DNA from: Bugula neritina
Lineage: Eukaryota; Animalia; Bryozoa
NCBI GenBank assembly: GCA_964035545.1
Contig: CAXIUT010000230.1
Coordinates: 310,001 to 374,000, forward strand
Reading direction: 5' to 3'
DNA length: 64,000 nucleotides
Under the pieces are notes generated by a model. It was not told where the DNA came from. It worked only from the letters and a program-made list of their open reading frames with translations, and did not search any database. This document shows, in pieces, positions 15,701 to 31,880 of the stretch (position 1 is the stretch's first letter; the number at the start of each line of letters is the position of its first letter). A program made the position numbers and the translations under genes.

Positions 15701-17790
15701 ATACACTGCAACACACTGAAAAACACTGCAAAATACTGTAACACACTGAAATATACTGCAAAACACTGAAATACACTGCTACATACTGAAATATACTGCA
15801 ACACAGTGCAACATACTGCAACATACTAAAATATACTGCAACATACTGAAATACACTGCTAAATACTGAAATACACTGTAACATACTGAAATACACTGCA
15901 AAATACTACAACATTTTGAAATACACTGCAGAACATTGAAATATACTGCAACATACCTAAATACACGGTAATATACTGAAATATACTGTCACACATTGAA
16001 AAATACTACAAAATACTGAAATACACTGCAACATACTACAACATACTGAAATACGCTGTAATACATTGAAATCCACTGCAACCATTGAAATATACTGTAA
16101 CTCGCTGAAACATACTGTAACTCACTGGAATATAATGTAACACACTGAAATATACTGCAACATACTGAAATACACTGTAACATACTGAAATAAACTGCAA
16201 CATCCTGCAACATACTGAAATACACTGTAACATACTGAAATACACTGCAACATCCTACAAGATACTGAAATACACTGTAACGTATTGATGTACACTGCAA
16301 CACATTGAAGTATTCTGCAACACACTTAAACATACGGCAACATACTGAAATATACTTCGGCACATTGCAATATACTGCAGCATACTGAAATATGCTGTAG
16401 CCTACTGAAATACACTGCATTATACTGAAATACACTGCTACATACTGAAATATACTGCAACATACTGAAATATACTGCGACACATTGCAATATACTGCAA
16501 CATACTGAAATACACTGTAACATATCGAAATATACTGCAACATACTGAAATACAGTGCTACATACTGAAATATACTGCAACATACTGCAACGTACTGAAA
16601 TACACTGTAACATACTGAAATACACTGCAACATACTACAACATATTGAAAGACACTGCAACACATTGAAATATGCTGCAACATACCTAAATATACGGTAA
16701 TATACCAAAATAAACTGTTACACATTGAAAAATACTGCAACATACTGAAATACACTGCAACACCCTGAAAAACACTGCAAAATACTGTAACACACTGAAA
16801 TATACTGCAAAATACTGAAATACACTGCTACATACTTAAATATACTGCAACACACTGCAACATACTGCATTATACTAAAATATACTGCAACATACTGAAA
16901 TACACTGCAAAATACTGAAATACACTGTAACATACTGAAATATACTGCAACATACTGAAGTACACTCCTACATACTGAAATATACTGCAACTCACTGCAA
17001 CATACTGCAACATACTAAAATACACTGTAACATATTGAAATACACTGCAACACATTGAAATATACTGCAAAATATTGAAATACACTGCTACACACTGAAT
17101 TATACTGCAACACACGGCAACATACTGCAACATACTAAAATATACTGCAACATACTGAAATACACTGCAAAATACTGAAATACGCTGTAACATACTGAAA
17201 TATACTGCAACATACTGAAATATACTGCTACATACTGAAATATACTGCAACACACTGCAACATACTGCAACATACTAAAATACACTGTAACATAATGAAA
17301 TACACTGCAACACATTGAAATATACTGCAAAATACTGAAATACACTGCTATATACTGAAATATACTGCAACACACTGCAACATACTGCAACATACTAAAA
17401 TATACTGCAACATACTGAAATACACTGCAAAATACTGAAATACACTGTAACATACTGAAATATACTGCAACATACTGAAATACACTGCTACATACTGAAA
17501 TAAACTGCAACATCCTGCAACATACTGAAATACACTGCAACATACTGAAATACACTGCAACATACTACAACATATTGAAAGACACTGCAACACATTGAAA
17601 TATGCTGCAACATACCTAAATATACGGTAATATACCAAAATAAACTGTTACACATTGAAAAATACTGCAACATACTGAAATACACTGCAACACACTGAAA
17701 AACACTGTAAAATACTGTAACACACTGAAATATACTGCAAAATACTGAAATACACTGCTACATACTTAAATATACTGCAACACACTGCAA
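9405..17790. repeat. Near-perfect 4189-bp tandem duplication (junction ~13595-13610)
   Basis: All ORF starts from 9507 to 13569 recur at +4189 (13696...17758). Shared private 1-bp deletion GCAACCATTG (~11892/16081), GATGTACACT and CACCCTG variants. Only three differences noticed by eye (~10796, ~11358, ~11468 versus their partners). Confidence 0.95.
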
Positions 17791-18349
17791 CATACTGCAA
17801 CATACTAAAATATACTGCAACATACTGAAATACACTGCAAAATACTGAAATACGCTGTAACATACTGAAATATACTGCAACATACTGAAGTACACTCCTA
17901 CATACTGAAATATACTGCAACTCACTGCAACATACTGCAACATACTAAAATACACTGTAACATATTGAAATACACTGCAACACATTGAAATATACTGCAA
18001 AATATTGAAATACACTGCTACACACTGAAATATACTGCAACACACGGTAACATACTGCAACATACTAAAATATACTGCAACATACTGAAATACACTGCAA
18101 AATACTGAAATACGCTGTAACATACTGAAATATACTGCAACATACTGAAATATACTGCTACATACTGAAATATACTGCAACACACTGCAACATACTGCAA
18201 CATACTAAAATACACTGTAACATAATGAAATACACTGCAACACATTGAAATATACTGCAAAATACTGAAATAGACTGTAACGTACTGAAATAAACTGCAA
18301 CATCCTGCAACATACTGAAATACACTGTAACATACTAAAATACACTGCA

Positions 18350-21300
18350 ACATCCTACAAGATACTGAAATACACTGTAACGTATTGAAGTACACTGCAA
18401 CACATTGAAGTATTCTGCAACACACTTAAACATACGGCAACATACTGAAATATACTTCGGCACATTGCAATATACTGCAGCATACTGAAATATGCTGTAG
18501 CCTACTGAAATACACTGCATTATACTGAAATACACTGCTACATACTGAAATATACTGCAACATACTGAAATATACTGCGAAACATTGCAATATACTGTAA
18601 CATACTGAAATATGCTGTAGCACACTGAAATACACTGCAACTCACTGAAATATACTGCAACATACTGAAATACACTGTAACATATTGAAATATACTGCAA
18701 CATACTGAAATACAGTGCTACATACTGAAATATACTGCACCATACTGCAACATACTGAAATACACTGTAACATACTGAAATTCACTGCAACATACTACAA
18801 CATATTGAAAGACACTGCAACACATTGAAATATGCTGCAACATACCTAAATATACGGTAATATACCAAAATAAACTGTTACACATTGAAAAATACTGCAA
18901 CATACTGAAATACACTGCAACACACTGAAAAACACTGCAAAATACTGTAACACACTGAAATATACTGCAAAATACTCAAATACACTGCTACATACTTAAA
19001 TATACTGCAACACACTGCAACATACTGCAACATACTAAAATATACTGCAACATACTGAAATACACTGCAAAATACTGAAATACACTGTAACATACTGAAA
19101 TATACTGCAACATACTGAAGTACACTCCTACATACTGAAATATACTGCAACTCACTGCAACATACTGTAACATACTAAAATACACTGTAACATATTGAAA
19201 TACACTGCAACACATTGAAATATACTGCAAAATATTGAAATACACTGCTACACACTGAAATATACTGCAACACACGGCAACATACTGCAACATACTAAAA
19301 TATACTGCAACATACTGAAATACACTGCAAAATACTGAAATACGCTGTAACATACTGAAATATACTGCAACATACTGAAATATACTGCTACATACTGAAA
19401 TATACTGCAACACACTGCAACATACTGCAACATACTAAAATACACTGTAACATAATAAAATACACTGCAACACATTGAAATATACTGCAAAATACTGAAA
19501 TACACTGCTATATACTGAAATATACTGCAACACACTGCAACATACTGCAACATACTAAAATATACTGCAACATACTGAAAAACTCTGCAAAATACTGAAA
19601 TACACTGTAACATACTGAAATATACTGCAACATACTACAACATTTTGAAATACACTGCAATTCATTGAAATATACTGCAACATACCTAAATATACGGTAA
19701 TATACTGAAATATACTGTAACACATTGAAAAATACTACAAAATACTGAAATACACTGCAACATACTACAACATACTGAAATATGCTGTAATACATTGAAA
19801 TCCACTGCAACACATTGAAATATACTGTAACTCGCTGAAACATACTGTAACTCACTGAAATATAGTGTAATATACGGAAATGTACTGTAAAATATTGGAA
19901 TATAATGTAACACACTGAAATATACTGCAACATACTGAAATACACTGTAACATACTGAAATAAACTGCAACATCCTGCAACATACTGAAATACACTGTAA
20001 CATACTGAAATACACCGCAACATCCTACAAGATACTGAAATACACTGTAACGTATTGAAGTACACTGCAACACATTGAAGTATTCTGCAACACACTTAAA
20101 CATACGGCAACATACTGAAATATACTTCGGCACATTGCAATATAGTGCAGCATACTGAAATATGCTGTAGCCTACTGAAATACACTGCATTATACTGAAA
20201 TACACTGCTACATACTGAAATATACTGCAACATACTGAAATATACTGCGACACATTGCAATATACTGTAACATACTGAAATATGCTGTAGCACACTGAAA
20301 TACACTGCAACTCACTGAAATATACTGCAACATACTGAAATACACTGTAACATATTGAAATATACTGCAACATACTGAAATACAGTGCTACATACTGAAA
20401 TATACTGCAACATACTGCAACATACTGAAATACACTGTAACATACTGAAATACACTGCAACATACTACAACATATTGAAAGACACTGCAACACATTGAAA
20501 TATGCTGCAACATACCTAAATATACGGTAATATACCAAAAAAAACTGTTACACATTGAAAAATACTGCAACATACTGAAATACACTGCAACACACTGAAA
20601 AACACTGCAAAATACAGTAACACACTGAAATATACTGCAAAATACTGAAATACACTGCTACATACTTAAATATACTGCAACACACTGCAACATACTGCAA
20701 CATACTAAAATATACTGCAACATACTGAAATACACTGCAAAATACTGAAATACACTGTAACATACTGAAATATACTGCAACATACTGAAGTACACTCCTG
20801 CATACTGAAATATACTGCAACTCACTGCAACATACTGCAACATACTAAAATACACTGTAACATATTGAAATACACTGCAACACATTGAAATATACTGCAA
20901 AATATTGAAATACACTGCTACACACTGAAATGTACTGCAACACATGGCAACATACTGCAACATACTAAAATATACTGCAACATACTGAAATACACTGCAA
21001 AATACTGAAATACGCTGTAACATACTGAAATATACTGCAACATACTGAAATATACTGCTACATACTGAAATATACTGCAACACACTGCAACATACTGCAA
21101 CATACTAAAATACACTGTAACATAATGAAATACACTGCAACACATTGAAATATACTGCAAAATACTGAAATACACTGCTATATACTGAAATATACTGCAA
21201 CACACTGAAACATACTGCAACATACTAAAATATACTGCAACATACTGAAATACACTGCAACACAGTGAAATATACTGCAATGTGCCGAAATATATGGTAA

Positions 21301-24300
21301 ACTACTGAAATATACTGTCACACATTGAATATTACTGCAACATACTGAAATAAACTGCGACACATTGCTATATACTGTAACATACCGAAATATGCTGTAG
21401 CACATTGAAATACACTGCAACTCACTGAAATACAGTGCTACATACTGAAATATACTGCAACATACTGCAACATACTGAAATACACTGTAACAAACTGAAA
21501 TACACTGCAACATACTACAACATTTTGAAACACACTGCAACACATTGAAATATACTGCAACATACCTAAATATACGGTAATATACCAAAATATACTGTAA
21601 CACATTGAAAAATACTGCAACATACTGAAATACACTGCAACACACTGAAAAACACTGCAAAATACTGTAACACACTGAAATAAACTGCAAAACACTGAAA
21701 TACACTGCTACATACTGAAATATACTGCAACACAGTGCAACATGCTGCAACATACTAAAATATACTGCAACATACTGAAATACACTGCAAAATACTGAAA
21801 TACACTGTAACATACTGAAATACACTGCAAAATACTACAACATTTTGACATACACTGGAATACATTGAAATATACTGCAACATACCTAAATATACGGTAA
21901 TATACTGAAATATACTGTAACACATTGAAAAATACTACAAAATACTGAAATACACTGCAACATACTACAACATACTGAAATACGCTGTAATACATTGAAA
22001 TCCACTGCAACACATTGAAATATAGTGTAACTCGCTGAAACATACTGTAACTCACTGAAATATAGTGTAATATACGGAAATGTACTGTAAAATACTGGAA
22101 TATAATGTAACACACTGAAATATACTGCAACATACTGAAATACACTGTAACTTACTGAAATATACTGCAACATCCTGCAACATACTGAAATACACTGTAA
22201 CATACTGAAATACACTGCAACATCCTACAAGATACTGAAATACACTGTAACGGATTGAAGTACACTGCAACACATTGAAGTATTCTGCAACACACTTAAA
22301 CATACGGCAACATACTGAAATATACTTCGGCACATTGCAATATACTGCAGCATACTGAAATATGCTGTAGCCTACTGAAATACACTGCATTATACTGAAA
22401 TACACTGCTACATACTGAAATATACTGCAACATACTGAAATACACTGTAATATGCTGAATTACACTGCAACACATTGAAATATACTGCAACATAGCAAAA
22501 TATATATTAAACTACTGAAAAATACTTTAACACATTGAAAAATACTGCAACATACATAATTATACTGTAACACACTGAAATATACTGCAACATACTGAAA
22601 TACACTGTAAAATACTGAAATACACTGCAACATACTACAACATATTGAAAAACACTGCAACACATTGAATATACTGCAACATACCTAAATATGCGGTAAT
22701 ACACTGAAATAAACTCTAACACATTGAAAATACTGCAACATACTGAAATACACTGCAACACACCGAAATATAATGCAAAATAAAACAACATACTGAAATA
22801 CACTGTAACATATTGAAATACACTGTAACACATTGAAATATACTGCAACATACCGAGATATATTATAAACTACTGAAATATACTGTAACACATTGAAAAA
22901 TACTGCAACATACTGAAATTTCTTGCGACACATTGCAATATACTGTAACATACTGAAATATGCTGTAGCACACTGAAATATACTGCAAAATACTGAAATA
23001 CACTAAAACATATTGAAAAATACTGCAACATACTGAAATACACTGTAACATACTGAAATGCACTGCAAAATACTACAACATATTGAAATACACTGCAACA
23101 TACCTAAATATTCGGTAAGATACTGAAATATACTGTAACACATTGAAAAAGTACAGCAACATACTGAAAAATACTGCAAGATACTGCAACATACTAAAAT
23201 ACACTGTAACATAATGAAACACACTGCAACATACTGTATTATACTGACATACACTGGAACATAATGAAATACACTGCAACAAATTGAAGTATACTGCAAC
23301 ACACCGAAACATACGGCAACATACTGAAATATACTGCGACAGATTGAAATGTACAGCAACATACTGAAATATACTGCGACACATTGCAAAATACTGCAAC
23401 ATACTGAAATACGCGGTAATATATTGAAATACACTGCAACACATTGAAGTATACTGTAACTCGCTGAAATATAGTGTAATATACGGAAATGTACTGTAAC
23501 ATACTGGAATATACTGTAACACACTGAAGTATACTGCAACATACTGAAATGCAGTGCTACATACTGAAATATACTGCAACACACTGAAATACACCGCAAA
23601 ATACTACAACATACTGAAATACACTGTAACATATTGAAATACACTGCAACACATTGAAACATACTGCAATGTACCGAAATATATGGTAAACTACTGAAAT
23701 ATACTGTCACACATTGCAATATACTGTAACATACTGAAATATGCTGTAGCACATTGAAATACACTGCAACTCACTGAAATATACTGCAACATACTGAAAT
23801 AGACTGCAACACATTGAAATATACTACTACACACTGCAACATTTGGCAACATACTGAAATATACTGCGACACATTGCAGTATACTGAAACATACTGAAAT
23901 ATGCTGTAGCACACCGAAATACACTGCAACTCACTGAAATATACTGCAACATACTGAAATACACTGTGACATACTGAAATATACTGCGACATACTGCACC
24001 ATACTGAAATACACTGTAACATACTGAAATACACTGCAACACATTGAAATATACTGCAAAATACTGAAATACAGTGCTACATACTGAAAGATACTGCAAC
24101 ATACCGAAATACACTGTAACATGTTGAAATATACTGCAACATACCTAAATATACGGTAATATACCAAAATATACTGTAACACATTGAAAAATACTGCAAC
24201 ATACTGAAATACACTGCAACCTCTGAAAAACACTGCAAAATACTGTAACACACTCAAATATACTGCAAAACACCGAAATACACTGCTACATACTGAAATA

Positions 24301-27300
24301 TACTGCAACACACTGCAACAAACTGCAACATACTAAAATATACTGCAACATACTGAAATACACTGCAAAATACTGAAATACACTGTAACATACTGAAATA
24401 TACTGCGACACATTGCAATATACTGTAACATACTGAAATATGCTGTAGCACACTGAAATACACTGCAACTCACTGAAATATACTGCAACATACTGAAATA
24501 CACTGTAACATATTGAAATATACTGCAACATACTGCAACATACTGAAATACACTGGAACATATTGAATTACACTGCAACAAATTGAAGTATACTGCAACA
24601 CACTGAAACACACTGAATTACACCGCAAAACACTACAACATACTGAAACATACTGCAACATACTGAAATACACTACTACATACTGAAATATACTGCAACA
24701 TACTGCACCATACTGAAATACACTGTAACATACTGAAATACACTGCAACATAATACAATATATTGAAATACACTGCAACACATTGAAATATACTGCAACA
24801 TACTGAAATATACTGCGACACATTGCAATATACTGTAACATACTGAAATATGCTGTAGCACATTGAAATACACTGCAACTCACTGAAATATACTGCAACA
24901 TACTGATATACACTGTAACATATTGAAATACACTGCAACATACTGAAATACAGTGCTACATACTGAAATATACTGCAACATAGTGCAACATACTGAAATA
25001 CACTGTAACAAACAGAAATACACTGCAACATACTACAACATTTTGAAACACACTGCAACACATTGAAATATACTGCAACATACCTAGAAATACGGTAATA
25101 TACCAAAATATACTGTAACACATTGAAAAATACTGCAACATACTGAAATACACTGCAACACACTGAAAGACACTGCAAAATACTGTAACACACTGAAATA
25201 TACTGCAAAACACTGAAATACACTGCTACATACTGAAATATACTGCAACACAGTGCAACATACTGCAACATACTAAAATATACTGCAACATACTGAAATA
25301 CACTGCAAAATACTGATTTACACTGTAACATACTGAAATACACTGCAAAATACTACAACATTTTGAAATACACTGCAATACATTGAAATATACTCCAACA
25401 TACCTAAATATACGGTAATATACTGAAATATACTGTAACACATTGAAAAATACTACAAAATACTGAAATACACTGCAACATACTACAACATACTGAAATA
25501 CGCTGTAATACATTGAAATCAACTGCAACACATTGAAATATACTGTAACTCGCTGAAACATACTGTAACTCACTGAAATATAGTGTAATATACGGAAATG
25601 TACTGTAAAATACTGGAATATAATGTAACACACTGAAATATACTGCAACATACTGAAATACACTGAAACATACTGAAATATACTGCAACATCCTGCAACA
25701 TACTGAAATACACTGCAACATACTGAAATACACTGAAACATACTGAAATACACTGCAACATCCTACAAGATACTGAAATACACTGTAACGTATTGAAGTA
25801 CACTGCAACACATTGAAGTATTCTGCAACACACTTAAACATACGGCAACATACTGAAATATACTTCGGCACATTGCAATATACTGCAGCATACTGAAATA
25901 TGCTGTAGCCTACTGAAATACACTGCATTATACTGAAATACACTGCTACATACTGAAATATACTGCAACATACTGAAATATACTGCGAAACATTGCAATA
26001 TACTGTAACATACTGAAATATGCTGTAGCACACTGAAATACACTGCAACTCACTGAAATATACTGCAACATACTGAAATACACTGTAACATATTGAAATA
26101 TACTGCAACATACTGAAATACAGTGCTACATACTGAAATATGCTGCACCATACTGCAACATACTGAAATACACTGTAACATACTGAAATTCACTGCAACA
26201 TACTACAACATATTGAAAGACACTGCAACACATTGAAATATGCTGCAACATACCTAAATATACGGTAATATACCAAAATAAACTGTTACACATTGAAAAA
26301 TACTGCAACATACTGAAATACACTGCAACACACTGAAAAACACTGCAAAATACTGTAACACACTGAAATATACTGCAAAATACTCAAATACACTGCTACA
26401 TACTTAAATATACTGCAACACACTGCAACATACTGCAACATACTAAAATATACTGCAACATACTGAAATACACTGCAAAATACTGAAATACACTTTAACA
26501 TACTGAAATATACTGCAACATACTGAAGTACACTCCTACATACTGAAATATACTGCAACTCACTGCAACATACTGCAACATACTAAAATACACTGTAACA
26601 TATTGAAATACACTGCAACACATTGAAATATACTGCAAAATATTGAAATACACTGCTACACACTGAAATATACTGCAACACACGGCAACATACTGCAACA
26701 TACTAAAATATACTGCAACATACTGAAATACACTGCAAAATACTGAAATACGCTGTAACATACTGAAATATACTGCAACATACTGAAATATACTGCTACA
26801 TACTGAAATATACTGCAACACACTGCAACATACTGCAACATACTAAAATACACTGTAACATAATAAAATACACTGCAACACATTGAAATATACTGCAAAA
26901 TACTGAAATACACTGCTATATACTGAAATATACTGCAACACACTGCAACATACTGCAACATACTAAAATATACTGCAACATACTGAAAAACTCTGCAAAA
27001 TACTGAAATACACTGTAACATACTGAAATATACTGCAACATACTACAACATTTTGAAATACACTGCAATTCATTGAAATATACTGCAACATACCTAAATA
27101 TACGGTAATATACTGAAATATACTGTAACACATTGAAAAATACTACAAAATACTGAAATACACTGCAACATACTACAACATACTGAAATACGCTGTAATA
27201 CATTGAAATCCACTGCAACACATTGAAATATACTGTAACTCGCTGAAACATACTGTAACTCACTGAAATATAGTGTAATATACGGAAATGTACTGTAAAA

Positions 27301-30300
27301 TACTGGAATATAATGTAACACACTGAAATATACTGCAACATACTGAAATACACTGTAACATACTGAAATAAACTGCAACATCCTGCAACATACTGAAATA
27401 CACTGTAACATACTGAAATACACTGCAACATCCTACAAGATACTGAAATACACTGTAACGTATTGAAGTACACTGCAACACATTGAAGTATTCTGCAACA
27501 CACTTAAACATACGGCAACATACTGAAATATACTTCGGCACATTGCAATATACTGCAGCATACTGAAATATGCTGTAGCCTACTGAAATACACTGCATTA
27601 TACTGAAATACACTGCTACATACTGAAATATACTGCAACATACTGAAATATACTGCGACACATTGCAATATACTGTAACATACTGAAATATGCTGTAGCA
27701 CACTGAAATACACTGCAACTCACTGAAATATACTGCAACATACTGAAATACACTGTAACATATTGAAATATACTGTAACATACTGAAATACAGTGCTACA
27801 TACTGAAATATACTGCACCATACTGCAACATAATGAAATACACTGTAACATATTGAAATACACTGCAACACACTGAAAAACACTGCAAAATACAGTAACA
27901 CACTGAAATATACTGCAAAATACTGAAATACACTGCTACATACTTAAATATACTGCAACACACTGCAACATACTGCAACATACTAAAATATACTGCAACA
28001 TACTGAAATACACTGCAAAATACTGAAATACACTGTAACATACTGAAATATACTGCAACATACTGAAGTACACTCCTGCATACTGAAATATACTGCAACT
28101 CACTGCAACATACTGCAACATACTAAAATACACTGTAACATATTGAAATACACTGCAACACATTGAAATATACTGCAAAATATTGAAATACACTGCTACA
28201 CACTGAAATGTACTGCAACACATGGCAACATACTGCAACATACTAAAATATACTGCAACATACTGAAATACACTGCAAAATACTGAAATACGCTGTAACA
28301 TACTGAAATATACTGCAACATACTGAAATATACTGCTACATACTGAAATATACTGCAACACACTGCAACATACTGCAACATACTAAAATACACTGTAACA
28401 TAATGAAATACACTGCAACACATTGAAATATACTGCAAAATACTGAAATACACTGCTATATACTGAAATATACTGCAACACACTGAAACATACTGCAACA
28501 TACTAAAATATACTGCAACATACTGAAATACACTGCAACACAGTGAAATATACTGCAATGTGCCGAAATATATGGTAAACTACTGAAATATACTGTCACA
28601 CATTGAATATTACTGCAACATAATGAAATAAACTGCGACACATTGCTATATACTGTAACATACCGAAATATGCTGTAGCACATTGAAATACACTGCAACT
28701 CACTGAAATACAGTGCTACATACTGAAATATACTGCAACATACTGCAACATACTGAAATACACTGTAACAAACTGAAATACACTGCAACATACTACAACA
28801 TTTTGAAACACACTGCAACACATTGAAATATACTGCAACATACCTAAATATACGGTAATATACCAAAATATACTGTAACACATTGAAAAATACTGCAACA
28901 TACTGAAATACACTGCAACACACTGAAAAACACTGCAAAATACTGTAACACACTGAAATAAACTGCAAAACACTGAAATACACTGCTACATACTGAAATA
29001 TACTGCAACACAGTGCAACATGCTGCAACATACTAAAATATACTGCAACATACTGAAATACACTGCAAAATACTGAAATACACTGTAACATACTGAAATA
29101 CACTGCAAAATACTACAACATTTTGACATACACTGGAATACATTGAAATATACTGCAACATACCTAAATATACGGTAATATACTGAAATATACTGTAACA
29201 CATTGAAAAATACTACAAAATACTGAAATACACTGCAACAAACTACAACATACTGAAATACGCTGTAATACATTGAAATCCACTGCAACACATTGAAATA
29301 TAGTGTAACTCGCTGAAACATACTGTAACTCACTGAAATATAGTGTAATATACGGAAATGTACTGTAAAATACTGGAATATAATGTAACACACTGAAATA
29401 TACTGCAACATACTGAAATACACTGTAACTTACTGAAATATACTGCAACATCCTGCAACATACTGAAATACACTGTAACATACTGAAATACACTGCAACA
29501 TCCTACAAGATACTGAAATACACTGTAACGTATTGAAGTACACTGCAACACATTGAAGTATTCTGCAACACACTTAAACATACGGCAACATACTGAAATA
29601 TACTTCGGCACATTGCAATATACTGCAGCATACTGAAATATGCTGTAGCCTACTGAAATACACTGCATTATACTGAAATACACTGCTACATACTGAAATA
29701 TACTGCAACATACTGAAATACACTGTAATATGCTGAATTACACTGCAACACATTGAAATATACTGCAACATAGCAAAATATATATTAAACTACTGAAAAA
29801 TACTTTAACACATTGAAAAATACTGCAACATACATAATTATACTGTAACACACTGAAATATACTGCAACATACTGAAATACACTGTAAAATACTGAAATA
29901 CACTGCAACATACTACAACATATTGAAAAACACTGCAACACATTGAATATACTGCAACATACCTAAATATGCGGTAATATACTGAAATAAACTCTAACAC
30001 ATTGAAAATACTGCAACATACTGAAATACACTGCAACACACCGAAATATAATGCAAAATAAAACAACATACTGAAATACACTGTAACATATTGAAATACA
30101 CTGTAACACATTGAAATATACTGCAACATACCGAGATATATTGTAAACTACTGAAATATACTGTAACACATTGAAAAATACTGCAACATACTGAAATTTC
30201 TTGCGACACATTGCAATATACTGTAACATACTGAAATATGCTGTAGCACACTGAAATATACTGCAAAATACTGAAATACACTAAAACATATTGAAAAATA

Positions 30301-31880
30301 CTGCAACATACTGAAATACACTGTAACATACTGAAATGCACTGCAAAATACTACAACATATTGAAATACACTGCAACATACCTAAATATTCGGTAAGATA
30401 CTGAAATATACTGTAACACATTAAAAAAGTACAGCAACATACTGAAAAATACTGCAAGATACTGCAACATACTAAAATACACTGTAACATAATGAAACAC
30501 ACTGCAACATACTGCATTATACTGACATACACTGGAACATAATGAAATACACTGCAACAAATTGAAGTATACTGCAACACACCGAAACATACGGCAACAT
30601 ACTGAAATATACTGCGACAGATTGAAATGTACAGCAACATACTGAAATATACTGCGACACATTGCAAAATACTGCAACATACTGAAATACGCGGTAATAT
30701 ATTGAAATACACTGCAACACATTGAAATATACTGTAACTCGCTGAAATATAGTGTAATATACGGAAATGTACTGTAACATACTGGAATATACTGTAACAC
30801 ACTGAAGTATACTGCAACATACTGAAATGCAGTGCTACATACTGAAATATACTGCAACATACTGCAACATATTCAAATACACTGTAACATACTGAAATAT
30901 ACTACTACACACTGCAACATTTGGCAACATACTGAAATATACTGCGACACATTGCAGTATACTGAAACATACTGAAATATGCTGTAGCACACCGAAATAC
31001 ACTGCAACTCACTGAAATATACTGCAACATACTGAAATACACTGTGACATACTGAAATATACTGCGACATACTGCACCATACTGAAATACACTGTAACAT
31101 ACTGAAATACACTGCAACACATTGAAATATACTGCAAAATACTGAATTACAGTGCTACATACTGAAAGATACTGCAACATACCGAAATACACTGTAACAT
31201 GTTGAAATATACTGCAACATACCTAAATATACGGTAATATACCAAAATATACTGTAACACATTGAAAAATACTGCAACATACTGAAATACACTGCAACCT
31301 CTGAAAAACACTGCAAAATACTGTAACACACTCAAATATACTGCAAAACACCGAAATACACTGCTACATACTGAAATATACTGCAACACACTGCAACATA
31401 CTGCAACATACTAAAATATACTGCAACATACTGAAATACACTGCAAAATACTGAAATACACTGTAACATACTGAAATATACTGCGACACATTGCAATATA
31501 CTGTAACATACTGAAATATGCTGTAGCACACTGAAATACACTGCAACTCACTGAAATATACTGCAACATACTGAAATACACTGTAACATATTGAAATATA
31601 CTGCAACATACTGCAACATACTGAAATACACTGGAACATATTGAAATACACTGCAACAAATTGAAGTATACTGCAACACACTGAAACACACTGAAATACA
31701 CCGCAAAACACTACAACATACTGAAACATACTGCAACAAACTGAAATACACTACTACATACTGAAATATACTGCAACATACTGCACCATACTGAAATACA
31801 CTGTAACATACTGAAATACACTGCAACATAATACAATATATTGAAATACACTGCAACACATTGAAATATACTGCAACATA
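18350..31880. repeat. 7408-bp super-HOR (1670+2200+3538 modules) followed by a second, internally shortened partial copy
   Basis: Landmark ORF starts at 18426, 20096, 22296, 25834. The offset is 7408 (18426/25834), then 7278 (20658/27936), then 7078 (24254/31332). Confidence 0.88.
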
